Origin: an uncultured Acidobacteriota bacterium
GTDB lineage: Bacteria; Acidobacteriota; Thermoanaerobaculia; UBA5066; DATFVB01
Reading direction: 5' to 3'
Assembly: GCA_963813155.1 (NCBI GenBank)
Contig: CAWEYG010000002.1
Span: 768,001 to 832,000 of the forward strand
DNA length: 64,000 bases
Positions within the stretch are counted from its first letter, which is position 1, and the number at the start of each line of letters is the position of its first letter. The notes beneath the pieces are model-generated. The model was not told the origin of the DNA. It searched no databases and worked only from the letters and a program-made list of their open reading frames with translations. A program made the position numbers and the translations under genes. This document shows positions 8,697-18,617 of the stretch, piece by piece.

Positions 8697-10694
8697 TCAG
8701 CTCACTCTCGGGAAGAATCCCGACAGGGTCTTGAACGCCAGTCCCTTCTCGATCGGCTGGCCGAAGGCCTCCGGATGCACGTACAGGCCCCTTTCGCCGT
8801 CCGGCTTCTCGGCTTCGACCGACATGGGGTTGCGCGCCGAATAGGCGTCGTGCCGGATTCCCGTCACCTGCCACGACACTTTGAGGCCGGGCGTCCCGCC
8901 GGCGATCCTGAAACGGTTGTTCTGGACTTCTTCAGCGATGTAGAGGTCGCGCCCCGGCGCCCCCACGGGGGTCAGCTGATAGCGGAACTCTTCGTTCAGG
9001 GATTGGAACCAATCGGGGAGGACGACGATCGCCGCCCCTTTCGAGTCGAGCAGTGCCATTCCGTTGTAGATGTTCATCCTGTCTGCCGATTCGACGACCG
9101 AGTGGTAGAGATATTTGTTCTCGGGATCGAGGGGATGATCGAAGCGAACGACCGTGTCCGATGCGTGCACGGTTCCGTTGATCTCGATGCTGCCGTCGAA
9201 TCGTCCGGCATAACTGAGATTTGTTCCCGACGCGAATCCGTAAACGCCGGCGCGAACGTCCCCCGCGGTGTACGCCAATCCCTGAACACCGTACGAGAAC
9301 GTCGTGGGGCTGCCCGCGGCGAGCACGCCGTTGCCGCTGACTCCGACGGCGCCGGTACCGTAAACGCCGTAATTAAAGTTGTCCCCTCCCGAGCTCGCGT
9401 GCGAGGAGGTCCCGTACACCCCGACCCCGTGAGCGCTGTCGCCCCAGATTCCGGTCGGGAAAAGGAGCTCGCCTCCGGCCCCTCCGCCTTCGACTCCGTA
9501 GACTCCCGCCGTTCCCTGCTCGATGCTGACGGTCGATCCGACCGCGCCAAAGTAGATGAGCGTGTCCGCGCTCCCGAGCTCGCCCCACGCAATCGAGTGA
9601 CCCCCGGCGGCGACTTGCCCGTAGACCCCCACCCCGACGCCGCTCCCGGAGATGGCCGGAACTGGGGGATTCGCGGAATCGGTCGTCGAAGCCGCGATGG
9701 CGATCCGCGGACCCGCGATCGTGACGTTTGTCGGTCCATTGGAAAGGGTCAGCGGGGCGGAAACGCTGCCCCCTCCCCCGCCGCCCGAAGCGTTGATGAC
9801 GATGTTGTTGCCGGAGCCTCCGAGCGTCACGTTCGAGCCGGCGGTCAGCGTGACCGCTCCGGTGAGCCCGTTCAGACTCGTCACGCCGGCGCTGCCGAGG
9901 AGCGCGTCGCGAAAGCTCATCTCGAAGCCCGACTGGTCCTGCGGCGCGCCGTTTCCGACCTGCGAGCCCGCGAAGAGCGCGGTCCCCGAGCCCGCCGTCA
10001 CGGTCGCCACGAGACGCGCGTTCGTGGTCGACGCCGCGGGAGCCAGCGCGCCGGCCGAGAGAAGAAGGTGTTCATACGCGAGCAGCGGAAAGTCCGCCGC
10101 GCCGAGCGGAGCGCCCGAGCCGTCGAGCGCCTGAACGTGCACCGTGCACGCGCTGCCGGACGTTTCCAGGAGCACGTAGTTGTAGCGGAAGTCGAGCCCC
10201 GATCCGAGGTAGACGCCCTGGAGCGTCGCCGACTGCCCGAGGCCGATCGAAAACCCCTTCGGGATGCCCGAGAAAAACTGCCCGGCCGTCTGCGAAAGGG
10301 GAACGCCCGCCGGCCGGTTGTAGATCCGCTCGGACACGAAGATTTCTCCGTTCGACAGGATGCGAGCCGCGCCGTTGGCGTTCGTCAGGTGAAGCTGCGT
10401 TCCCACGACGTCGCTGTAGCGTTTCGTCTGCCCCGGCGAGAGCGTGTCGGAAAAGGACGCCGGGCTCAGGTTCGCCTGGCCGGCGCGCAGGAACTGAAAC
10501 GTGAACGTCACGGGCGAAGCGCTCACGTCGGTGACCCAGACATCCGACAGGAACTGGGCGCCCCCCGCTCCCTGGGGATTGCCGATCGCGGCAAGGTAAG
10601 TCTCCGTGCCGGCGAAACCGGCGAAGGCCACGCTCGCGGACAGAACCGCGCACGCGATCAGCAAAGCAACACGAAGAACGACGATGGGCTTCAT
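8697..10694 (-). CDS. Secreted fibre/adhesin-like protein, copy 1
   Basis: Signal peptide, ~290 aa N-domain, Gly-rich GVYG repeats, C-terminal DHPLDPENKYLYHSVVES domain. The true stop may be 8656 if there is an indel near 8715. Confidence 0.8.
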   Translation of the reverse strand: MKPIVVLRVALLIACAVLSASVAFAGFAGTETYLAAIGNPQGAGGAQFLSDVWVTDVSASPVTFTFQFLRAGQANLSPASFSDTLSPGQTKRYSDVVGTQLHLTNANGAARILSNGEIFVSERIYNRPAGVPLSQTAGQFFSGIPKGFSIGLGQSATLQGVYLGSGLDFRYNYVLLETSGSACTVHVQALDGSGAPLGAADFPLLAYEHLLLSAGALAPAASTTNARLVATVTAGSGTALFAGSQVGNGAPQDQSGFEMSFRDALLGSAGVTSLNGLTGAVTLTAGSNVTLGGSGNNIVINASGGGGGGSVSAPLTLSNGPTNVTIAGPRIAIAASTTDSANPPVPAISGSGVGVGVYGQVAAGGHSIAWGELGSADTLIYFGAVGSTVSIEQGTAGVYGVEGGGAGGELLFPTGIWGDSAHGVGVYGTSSHASSGGDNFNYGVYGTGAVGVSGNGVLAAGSPTTFSYGVQGLAYTAGDVRAGVYGFASGTNLSYAGRFDGSIEINGTVHASDTVVRFDHPLDPENKYLYHSVVESADRMNIYNGMALLDSKGAAIVVLPDWFQSLNEEFRYQLTPVGAPGRDLYIAEEVQNNRFRIAGGTPGLKVSWQVTGIRHDAYSARNPMSVEAEKPDGERGLYVHPEAFGQPIEKGLAFKTLSGFFPRVS

Positions 10695-10744
10695 TCCGAG
10701 ACCTCCTGCAGAGAAATTGAGGAGATCTTACCGCCGAACCGCTC

Positions 10745-11014
10745 TTACTTCTTCTTGCCGGCCTCGGTGATCAGGGCGCTCAGCGCGGCGTGCTCCTCGG
10801 CGGTGTCCCGATTCTCGGCCTCGAGGTTCGCGATGTGCGCCGTGATGCTTTCGATGTCGTAGAAGACGATCGCGGAACTTCCGCCGTCCGGCTGCAAGTA
10901 CTCGATTCGCGCGCCAACGTCGTCGTCTTCGCGAACGAGACCGACGAAGCGGGCGGAGGGAGCGGGCGCGACGGCTTCGGGAGAGGGGCGTTCGGGTTCC
11001 ACGACGGGCAGCAT
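10745..11014 (-). CDS. Small hypothetical protein
   Basis: 89 aa ORF filling the gap between co-oriented genes; plausible composition. Confidence 0.5.
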   Translation of the reverse strand: MLPVVEPERPSPEAVAPAPSARFVGLVREDDDVGARIEYLQPDGGSSAIVFYDIESITAHIANLEAENRDTAEEHAALSALITEAGKKK

Positions 11015-11041
11015 ACGCTCTCGCGGCGAACGGCGCTCAAT

Positions 11042-11989
11042 CTATTTCCGTGACGAGACACTGGCCTCCGCAGTCGCGGTCAGTTGCAGCCCTCGCCGGG
11101 GCGAGCCGCGCAAAGCGTCGATCAGGTCGTCGACCACCGCCGAGCCGGCCGCGCCCGGCGCGAGCACGGCGCGCAGCGCCACTCCGGGCAGCGCGGGACG
11201 GACGCGCACTTCGGCGAGCACGCCGTTGCGCAGCTCGGGCTCGACGGCATGCTCCGGCAACAGGCCGAGCGCCGTTCCGCCTCCCAGGATCCCCCGCTTC
11301 ACGCCCTCGATGGTCCCCATCGCCTGCATCCGCGGAGCCGGAACCCCGGCCGCCTCGAAGTGCTGCAGGAGCGCCTGATGGTAGTTTCCCCCCGCGTCGC
11401 ACATGTAGAAGTCGCAGCGGCGCAGCTCGTCCGCCGGAGCGACCCCCCGCGCCAGCGGGTGCGCCGGGGCGGCGAGGATCAACAGGCGCGCCTTCGCCAG
11501 GATCGCGCCGGCCCCGGGCCCCGTTTCCGGCTCGAGCACCAGGCCGACGTCGCTCTCGCCCGCGGCGACCCGTTCCCGGATCTCGCCGCAGCTCCCGGTG
11601 AGAACTTCCACGCGCACGGCCGGCCAGCGCTCGTGTAGGGACGCGAGCCGCGACGGGAGCACATAGGCGCCGATCGACTCGACGGCGGAGACCACGAGAG
11701 TGGCCTTGACGCGGGTCGACGCGTCGGCGAGAGCCCCGACGAGCTCGCTGCTCAGCGCGAACATGCGCCGCGCGTACCCGAGCAGGACCTCGCCCGACGG
11801 CGTCAGAGCCGGCGCCCCTTTGGCCGCCCTGTGAAACAGCTCGACGCCCACCGCGCGCTCCAGCGCGCTCAAGGTTTCGGAAACCGTCGACTGCGAGATG
11901 CCGAGCGCTCGAGCCGCTCGAGTGTGCGTCCCGGCATCGACGACCGCCGCGAAGACGCGCAGGTGCCGCAATTCCAGCTCGGTCTTCAC
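11042..11989 (-). CDS. LysR family transcriptional regulator
   Basis: N-terminal HTH LRHLRVFAAVVDAGTHTRAARALGISQSTVSETLSALE plus substrate-binding domain. Confidence 0.92.
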   Translation of the reverse strand: MKTELELRHLRVFAAVVDAGTHTRAARALGISQSTVSETLSALERAVGVELFHRAAKGAPALTPSGEVLLGYARRMFALSSELVGALADASTRVKATLVVSAVESIGAYVLPSRLASLHERWPAVRVEVLTGSCGEIRERVAAGESDVGLVLEPETGPGAGAILAKARLLILAAPAHPLARGVAPADELRRCDFYMCDAGGNYHQALLQHFEAAGVPAPRMQAMGTIEGVKRGILGGGTALGLLPEHAVEPELRNGVLAEVRVRPALPGVALRAVLAPGAAGSAVVDDLIDALRGSPRRGLQLTATAEASVSSRK

Positions 11990-12029
11990 CGCGCGAATTT
12001 ATCATCCACATCCAGGCAGGCTGCGATTC

Positions 12030-12044
12030 ATCGGCCCCGCCGAT
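12030..12044. promoter_or_regulatory. LysR recognition box (T-N11-A)
   Basis: ATCGGCCCCGCCGAT dyad in the divergent intergenic region. Confidence 0.65.
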
Positions 12045-12095
12045 GGACGGCATCGGCGTTTTGGCGCGCGGGCGAGCCGCCCGTACGGTTCCACC

Positions 12096-12686
12096 ATGCT
12101 TCTGCCCGAACCCTCGGCCACCCTGCTGGTCGTCGATCTCCAGCGCGGCTTCGACGACCGGTACTGGGGCCGGCGCAACAACCCGGCCCTCGAGCAGCGC
12201 GCCTCCGAGTTGCTGCGCGCGTGGCGCGCGGCCGGGCGCCCGGTCGTGCACGTGCGGCACATGTCCACCGAGCCGCTGTCGCCGCTCCGGCCCGGTCAGC
12301 CCGGAAACGAATTCAAGCCCGAAGCAGCTCCCGCCACCGGCGAGACGGTGATCGAAAAGAGCGTCAACAGCGCCTTCATCGGCACATCGCTCGAGACCGA
12401 CCTGCGGCGCGCCGGCTGTCGCGGGCTGGTGATCGCGGGGCTCACCACGAATCACTGCGTCTCGACGACCGCGCGCATGGCCGGCAACCTGGGCTTCGCG
12501 ACATGGGTCGTGTCCGACGCCACGGCCGCGTTCGATCGCCTCGGCCCGGACGGCGTCCTGCGTTCCGCCGAGCAGATTCACGCGATCGCGCTGTCGGACC
12601 TTCACGGCGAATTCGCCACCGTGGTCAACACGGGGACGGTGATCGCCGCTTTGCAGACTCCCGTTTCCTCAAGGAGGGCATCATGA
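12096..12686 (+). CDS. Cysteine hydrolase / isochorismatase family
   Basis: LLVVDLQ, KSVNSAFIGT and GLTTNHCVSTTAR motifs; ATG at 12096. Confidence 0.9.
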   Translation: MLLPEPSATLLVVDLQRGFDDRYWGRRNNPALEQRASELLRAWRAAGRPVVHVRHMSTEPLSPLRPGQPGNEFKPEAAPATGETVIEKSVNSAFIGTSLETDLRRAGCRGLVIAGLTTNHCVSTTARMAGNLGFATWVVSDATAAFDRLGPDGVLRSAEQIHAIALSDLHGEFATVVNTGTVIAALQTPVSSRRAS

Positions 12687-14750
12687 AAATCCTGCGTCTC
12701 GCTCTGGTCGCCGGCGCGACCCTCGCCATCTCGAGTGTCGCCTCGATCTCCGCGGCTTCTGACTCCTCCGCGCTCGCCGCGCAGGGCCGGGCGCCGAAAG
12801 GCGTCGAGCTCGGCGACCTGGACCGCACCGCGGAGCCGTGCACGGACTTCTACGCTTTCGCCAACGGCGCCTGGCGCGCCGCGAACCCCATTCCGGCCGG
12901 AACGCAGCGCTGGAGCCGGCGCTGGGCCGCGCGCGAGGCGAACCGGCAGCAGTTGAAGGCCCTCCTGGAGGAGCTGGCCGCGAAGACGGACCGGACCACC
13001 GGAAGGCCCGATCCAGCCGAGCGCCAGCTCGGCGACTACTACGCCGCGTGCATGAACGAGCCCGCGATCGAGGCCGCGGGCGTGACGCCGCTGGCCCCGT
13101 TGCTCGCCGACATCGCAGACGTCCGGGATATCGCCGGCGTCCAGCGCATGATCCGAAAGCTCCACGAGCTGGCGATTCCGGCGCCGTTCGCGCTCACCGG
13201 CGCCTCGGACTACCGCGACCCCGCCGCCGTCGTCGCAAACATTGCCGCCGGCGGCCTGGGGTTGCCCGACCGGGACGACTACCTGAAGCCCGATGCGCCC
13301 TTCGCGGAGAAGCGCGAAAAGTACCGAGCGCACGTCGCGACCGTCCTGACGCTCGGCGGAGTGTCGGATGCGAGAAAGGCCGCCGACGAAATTCTCGCAC
13401 TCGAGACCCGCCTCGCCGAGGCGAGCCTGGCGCCCGCGGCGGCCGCCGACCCGGCCGGGACCTCGCACAAGATGACCTTCGCGCAGCTCGAGCAAATCGC
13501 TTCGCGCGTGGACTGGGACGGCTATTTCACGCAGGCCGGGCTCCCGCGGATCGACGTCAACGTGACCGAGCCCGCGTTCCTCGAGCGCCTGAACCGCGAG
13601 CTCGAAGCGACGCCCGTGGCGGTGTGGAAGGCCTACCTCGCCCTGCAGGTGCTGGAGTCGGCGTCGCCGTGGCTCTCGAAGCCCTTTGCCGACGAGTCCT
13701 TCGCGTTCCGGGACAAGTACCTCGGCGGCGCGACTTCGATCAGGCCCCGCGCGATGCGCTGCCTCGAATCGACCGAGGCGCTGCTCGGAGAGCCTCTCGG
13801 CCGCGCGTACGCGAACCGGTACTTTCCACCCGCCGCGAAGGCGAAGGTCCAGGAGATCGCGCACAACCTGCTGGCGGTCCTGAAGGACGACCTCGGCGAG
13901 CTGAAGTGGATGTCCGACGCGACCCGGCGGGAGGCGCTCGCGAAGATCGAGTCCTACGACGTGATGGTGGGCTACCCCGACACGCCCACCGACTACCTCG
14001 GCGCTCGCCATTCGCCGCGACGCGTTCTGGGCCGACGTCGCCGCGGCCCGGCGCTTCGGCGTCGAGATCGACCGCAAGCGCGTCGGACAGCGCACGAGCC
14101 GAACGATCTGGCAACTGCCGCCGTCGTCGCCCGACGCGTACATCGACGTCCAGCTCAACCTGATGGCGCTGCCGGCCGGCTTCCTGCAGCCGCCGGCGTT
14201 CGACCTCGCGGCGTCGGACGCGGTCAATTACGGCGCGATCGGCATCGGAATCGCGCACGACCTCACGCACGCGATCGACGCCCTGGGCAGGGACTTCGAC
14301 TCCACCGGGCAGGCGCGGAACTGGTGGGCGCAGGCGGATCTCGACGCGTTCCAGAGAGTCGGCCAGTGCACCGTCGATCAATACGACGGCTACGCGATCG
14401 AGCCGGGCGTTCACCTGCAGGGGAAACAGGTCTTGGGCGAGGCGCTCGGCGACCTCGCGGGCGTGCGCCTGGCGTACCGGGCCCTCCAGCGATCGATGCA
14501 GAAGCACCGGCTGCCGGACATCGGCGGCTTCACCCCCGAGCAGCAGTTCTTCATCGCCTGGGACCAGTTCCGCGGGGCCGAAGAGAGTCTCGAGCTCCAG
14601 CGCCAGATGGCGAAGGGAGACCCGCACCCGACCGCGCGGTACAGGATCATCGGGCCGCTGTCGAACTCGCCGGAGTTCCAGAAGGCCTTCGACTGCGGGG
14701 ACGGGTCGCCCATGGTGCGGCCGCCCGAGAAGAGGTGCACAGTCTGGTAG
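12683..14750 (+). CDS. M13 (neprilysin/PepO-like) metallopeptidase homolog; +1 indel near 13997
   Basis: Signal peptide; PCTDFYAFANG, GGLGLPDRDDY, VGYPD, LQPPAF, NYGAIG, HDLTH, DPHPTARYR, CTVW. Removing one C restores DYSALAIRRDAFW. Confidence 0.85.
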
Positions 14751-14763
14751 CCTTACCGCCGCT

Positions 14764-15306
14764 TCAACGAGTCTCCGTTCCAAACTGCTTCGCGTACTCG
14801 GCGTTGAGCCGCTGCCAGCCGCCGAACTTCATCGTCTCGGTGCCGGCGAAGCGGCCGATGGGATCTCCGCCGAGGAGGTGATCCAGAACGTCGAAGCAAA
14901 TGTGCCATCCGGCGGCGCCCATCGAGATGAACCGGCGATCGATGTTCGTCCACAGCGTCAGGCGCGTGCCGCCACCGAGAGCCTCGAGGTTCCACCGCAT
15001 GTCGATGCCGCCCCAGTTGTACTCCAGCCGTCTCGGAGCGTCGGCTCGCGTCACCCTGGTTTCGGAAACCTGCGGCGTGGGCGCGGCCACGGTCGTGAGA
15101 TTCACCGTGGCGCCGACGGTACCGAGGCTCCCATCGGCCTCAAACGGGGCCCACTCGCGCAGGTGCGCGGGTTCGGTCAGCGCCTGCCAGACTTTTTCCG
15201 GCGGATGGCGCAGTTCTCGGACGAGGACGAGCGCCCACTTGTCCCCGTCCTTTTCCACCCGCGCCCCGCTGGCGGGACCCGGTACGTATTGCTCGCGGTC
15301 GGTCAT
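14764..15306 (-). CDS. SRPBCC/AHSA1 domain protein
   Basis: RELRHPPEKVWQALTEP...GAAGWHICFDVL; overlaps the ArsR stop. Confidence 0.88.
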   Translation of the reverse strand: MTDREQYVPGPASGARVEKDGDKWALVLVRELRHPPEKVWQALTEPAHLREWAPFEADGSLGTVGATVNLTTVAAPTPQVSETRVTRADAPRRLEYNWGGIDMRWNLEALGGGTRLTLWTNIDRRFISMGAAGWHICFDVLDHLLGGDPIGRFAGTETMKFGGWQRLNAEYAKQFGTETR

Positions 15307-15653
15307 CGTTTCCTCCTTGTCTTCTTTTTCGCTTTCGTTGTTGTCGCAGGATCCACTCGGTCGAGGTGGCGTTCGAGAGCATCGAGGTGAGCGGACCAGA
15401 GCCGGCGAAACGGAGCGAGCCACGCCTCGACCTCCTGAAGGGGTTCGAGCTTCAGCCGGTAGAGACGGCGCTGAGCGTCGATTCGGAACTCCACGAAACC
15501 GGCCTCTCGCAGCACCCGCAGGTGCTTCGACACCGTCGGCTGCGCCATGCGAAGCCGACGCTCGATCTCCCCCACCGACTGCTGCGACGAGACGAGCAGA
15601 CCCAGGATCGCCCGGCGATTCGGCTCGGCAATGACTTCGAAAACCGATTCCAT
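15303..15653 (-). CDS. ArsR/SmtB family regulator
   Basis: FEVIAEPNRRAIL...QPTVSKHLRVLREAGFV. Confidence 0.92.
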   Translation of the reverse strand: MESVFEVIAEPNRRAILGLLVSSQQSVGEIERRLRMAQPTVSKHLRVLREAGFVEFRIDAQRRLYRLKLEPLQEVEAWLAPFRRLWSAHLDALERHLDRVDPATTTKAKKKTRRKR

Positions 15654-15659
15654 GGCTTA

Positions 15660-15689
15660 TATATACTACAACACGTATATACGTGTCAA
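15660..15689 (-). promoter_or_regulatory. ArsR operator/promoter
   Basis: Perfect palindrome ACACGTATATACGTGT (15671-15686) overlapping TTGACA (15689-15684) in an AT-rich patch. Confidence 0.65.
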
Positions 15690-15738
15690 GGCACATATTA
15701 ACGTAAAAAGCCTGTCACCGGTTGCGGCGCAGACTTCT

Positions 15739-16548
15739 TCAGAACGCCGACGTATCCGAAAAGCTCGCCTGGGAATCCTGCGGGTTCGTATAGGTCTTGA
15801 CCAATCCCGTCTGGGTGTCGGTGATCGTGATCGTGTACTGAACGTTTGTGAGTGCCCCGTAAAAGACCCAGAAGTGTCCGTTGATCACCCTCGCATCGAG
15901 GATTTTAATGACGAGTTCGACGTTGCTGCTCGTAAAGAACCAGAACGAGCCGGTGTCGGAAGTCAGGGCAGTCGCGGTTCCGTTTCCCTGCGTGCCCTCA
16001 TGCACGGCATCCCAGGCCACCTGGACTCTGAATCGATCCGAGCCGACGCAGAGCGTCGTGGGGTCGGTAATAACAGAGCAGCCGTTCGGGTTCTTGACGC
16101 CGGTCATGTTGAGGGTGTAAGGGCCGGTCGGATGATTTGCGTCGACGCCCCGTACCCGGCAGAGATAGAACGCGTCCTTGGGGGCCTGAAACTTCACGAT
16201 CGCGAGGTTGACCTCATTGTCGCGTGCCAGCGCGGTTCCCGTCTGATAATCCAGAATCAAGAGAAGCACGCTGCCGAGCGCGGGAGCCTTGAGGGTCAGG
16301 TTGATGTTCGTTCCGGCCGCCGCAAAAAAGAGATAGTCATCCCCGAAACCCGACCCGAACGCGCAGTCCGAGGTCGTCAGTGCTCCGCTGATCGTTGTGT
16401 TGAGATTCACGGGGGTGTAGGCGCAGGACACGACCGTCTCGAGCTGTTCGCCAAAAGGGGTCGGCGAGATCGTAGCCCCGAATCCGTGGGCCGCCATCAG
16501 CCCGACGATCACCTGAAAGATCCAGACGCGGCGAGTACGGGTGTTCAT
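15739..16548 (-). CDS. Secreted protein: PPC-like beta-sandwich plus conserved C-terminal 'FWFF..NVELV.K.LD' domain
   Basis: GAAGGAG SD, signal peptide, LCVGSDRFRVQVAW...GSFWFFTSSNVELVIKILDARVINGHFWVFYGALTNVQY. Confidence 0.75.
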   Translation of the reverse strand: MNTRTRRVWIFQVIVGLMAAHGFGATISPTPFGEQLETVVSCAYTPVNLNTTISGALTTSDCAFGSGFGDDYLFFAAAGTNINLTLKAPALGSVLLLILDYQTGTALARDNEVNLAIVKFQAPKDAFYLCRVRGVDANHPTGPYTLNMTGVKNPNGCSVITDPTTLCVGSDRFRVQVAWDAVHEGTQGNGTATALTSDTGSFWFFTSSNVELVIKILDARVINGHFWVFYGALTNVQYTITITDTQTGLVKTYTNPQDSQASFSDTSAF

Positions 16549-16758
16549 TGTGGCTCCTTCATTGGCGGGTCGCGATGTGTTTGAATCAAGACCTAAGCGT
16601 TTATTGTACTCCTGTGCTCCGTGATGATTCTCGGCTCTGAGGCGAATTCCTTCCGCGATCAAGACGCTCGCGCAAGCACCCGGCCCACTCGCTGAGGAAG
16701 CTGGCGTTGAGGTGATTTTCGTCCGTCGCATCACCGATCACTAGGTTGTTGAGGGGAT

Positions 16759-16833
16759 TGGCTCCTCAGGTAGGATTTGAACCTACAACCCTCCGGTTAA
16801 CAGCCGGATGCTCTACCGTTGAGCTACTGAGGA
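16759..16833 (-). tRNA. tRNA-Asn (GTT)
   Basis: TCCTCAG acceptor stem, anticodon arm TCCGG-CTGTTAA-CCGGA, GGTTCAAATCC T arm, encoded CCA. Confidence 0.97.
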
Positions 16834-16859
16834 ACAGGCAGACAAAGAACGAATCCCGA

Positions 16860-16888
16860 ACGATAACGAGGCGCGGGAGCGGTGTCAA
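16860..16888 (-). promoter_or_regulatory. sigma70 promoter of tRNA-Asn
   Basis: TTGACA-17 bp-TATCGT. Confidence 0.75.
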
Positions 16889-16934
16889 ATGCTGGCGGCT
16901 GTCGCGGCGAGCCCCGCACACACTTTTCGGCTCC

Positions 16935-17986
16935 TCAGAACCGCCTGCGCGCCGACGGCCGCTCCTCGGCCCGCTGGTCTTGACGAACTCCTCGTAGCTC
17001 GCGACTTCTTCCTTCGACCCGATCGCGAGCGGACAGCGGTCGTGGAAGCTCTCCGGCACGACGTCCAGAACGTTCTTCGTCCCCGTGGAGGCCCGGCCGC
17101 CCGCCTGCTCCGCGACGAGCGCGAGCGGATGGCACTCGTACAGGACGCGGAGTTTTCCGTTCGGCTTCTTCGGGTCGGAGCTGTCCTCCGGGTAAAGGTA
17201 GATCCCGCCCTGGTGGAGGATCCGGTGGAAATCGCCGACGAGCGAGGCGGAGTAGCGCGTCGCGTGCGCGTTGCCGGTCTTCGGGTCGGGGGTTTTCAGG
17301 TTCTCGACGAATTTTCTGACTCCGGGGCGCCAGAAGCCGGAATTGCCTTCGTTGACGGCATAGGCCTTGCCCGACTTCGGCATCTCCACCCGGTCCTGCG
17401 CGAGATAGAACTCGCCCGTCTCCCCGTCCAGCGTGAAGATCGCGACCCCGTTGCCCGCCGTGAAGACGAGCTGCGTCGCGGGGCCGTACAGCAGGTAACC
17501 CGCCGCGACCTGCTCGCGCCCGGAGGTCAGCAGCTCGCTCGCGTCGGACCCGGTGCGGCGGCGGATTCCGAAGATCGTGCCGAGCGTCCCGTTCACGTCG
17601 AGGTTCGCGGAGCCGTCGATGGGATCGAAGCAGATCGTGTAGTGCCCCTGCTCGAGGCTTCTCGTGAGCGCCGCCGGCTCGTCCATTTCCTCGGAAGCCG
17701 CGAGCGTGACGATCGAGCCGTACTGAAGGTGGTGGAGGAAGATCTGGTTCGCGAAGACGTCGAGCTTCTCCTGCCGTTCCCCGTAGACGTTCGAAGTGCG
17801 GGCGTACCCGGTTTCGCCCGTGAGCGTCGAGCGGCGCAGCCGGCTCGCGATGATCTTGCCGCACAGCGCGATGCGGTTGAGCAGGTCGGTGAATTCTCCC
17901 GTCGCGCCGGCGTGCGACTTCTGGTTCTCGATCAGGTACTGCGTCAGCGTGACCTGCGTCGGGCCCGGCGGCGTCTTTTCGGCCAT
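16935..17986 (-). CDS. fbp: Fructose-1,6-bisphosphatase class 1
   Basis: QEKLDVFAN, SEE, DPIDGSANLDVN, RYSASLVGDFHR, GKLRVLYEC. As written the ORF runs into the tRNA; a likely lost G near 16970 gives a stop at 16935. Confidence 0.92.
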
Positions 17987-18021
17987 GACATTCCCCCCGT
18001 TTCTGCGAAAGAATATCCCGG

Positions 18022-18546
18022 ATGACCGACTTCGTCCGCGACTTCGACCCCGTAGACTCCGACGGCGCGCTGCGGATCGTCATCGACACGCCGAAGGGGA
18101 ACCGCAACAAGTACAAATGGGACGAAGAGCTCGGCCTGTTCCGGCTGACGAAGATCCTGCCGCCAGGGTTCGCGTTTCCGTGGAACTATGGTTTCCTGCC
18201 CAGGACGCGTTCCGACGACGGCGATCCGCTCGACGCGATCGTGTTCATGGAAGAGCCCGCCTTCTGCGGATGCGTGATCCTCGCCCGGGTGCGCGGCGTG
18301 ATCGCGATGGAGTCCGACGGAGACCGCAACGACCGCATCCTCGCCTCGCCGGCCGGCGAGCACGAGGACCGGATTTACGAGACCCGCCTTCCCGACCGGC
18401 TGTTCGAGGAAATCGGCGTCTTCTTCGAGGGATACCACCGCCTCCGCGGCGAGACGACGAAGACGCTGTCGCGAGGCGGCCCGGAAGAGGCGATGCGGGT
18501 GATCGAAGAGGCGCGGAGAAATTACCAAACCTCACCCCCGGCCTGA
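18022..18546 (+). CDS. ppa: Inorganic pyrophosphatase family I
   Basis: TPKGNRNKY, NYGFLPRT, DDGDPLD. Confidence 0.88.
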   Translation: MTDFVRDFDPVDSDGALRIVIDTPKGNRNKYKWDEELGLFRLTKILPPGFAFPWNYGFLPRTRSDDGDPLDAIVFMEEPAFCGCVILARVRGVIAMESDGDRNDRILASPAGEHEDRIYETRLPDRLFEEIGVFFEGYHRLRGETTKTLSRGGPEEAMRVIEEARRNYQTSPPA

Positions 18547-18617
18547 CGGCCACCCCCTCCCGCGTTTACCAGTCTTCTGAAGGGCTGCCAGCTGGAGAGG
18601 GGGAAGGGGGGTGAGGT
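18529..18617. repeat. REP-like hairpin between convergent ppa and typA
   Basis: ACCTCACCCC/GGGGTGAGGT outer arms; CCCCCTCCC/GGAGAGGGGG inner arms. Confidence 0.55.

Noticed and set aside
16766-16934. FBPase C-terminal extension overlapping tRNA-Asn, and ORF 16746-16997
   Set aside because: The extension runs through a clear tRNA promoter and gene and is an artefact of a missing base. The + strand ORF is just the tRNA antisense.
16929-16938. 10-bp match (GGCTCCTCAG) to the tRNA-Asn 3' end as an att site
   Set aside because: It is short and on the upstream side of the tRNA, the wrong geometry for attL/attR.
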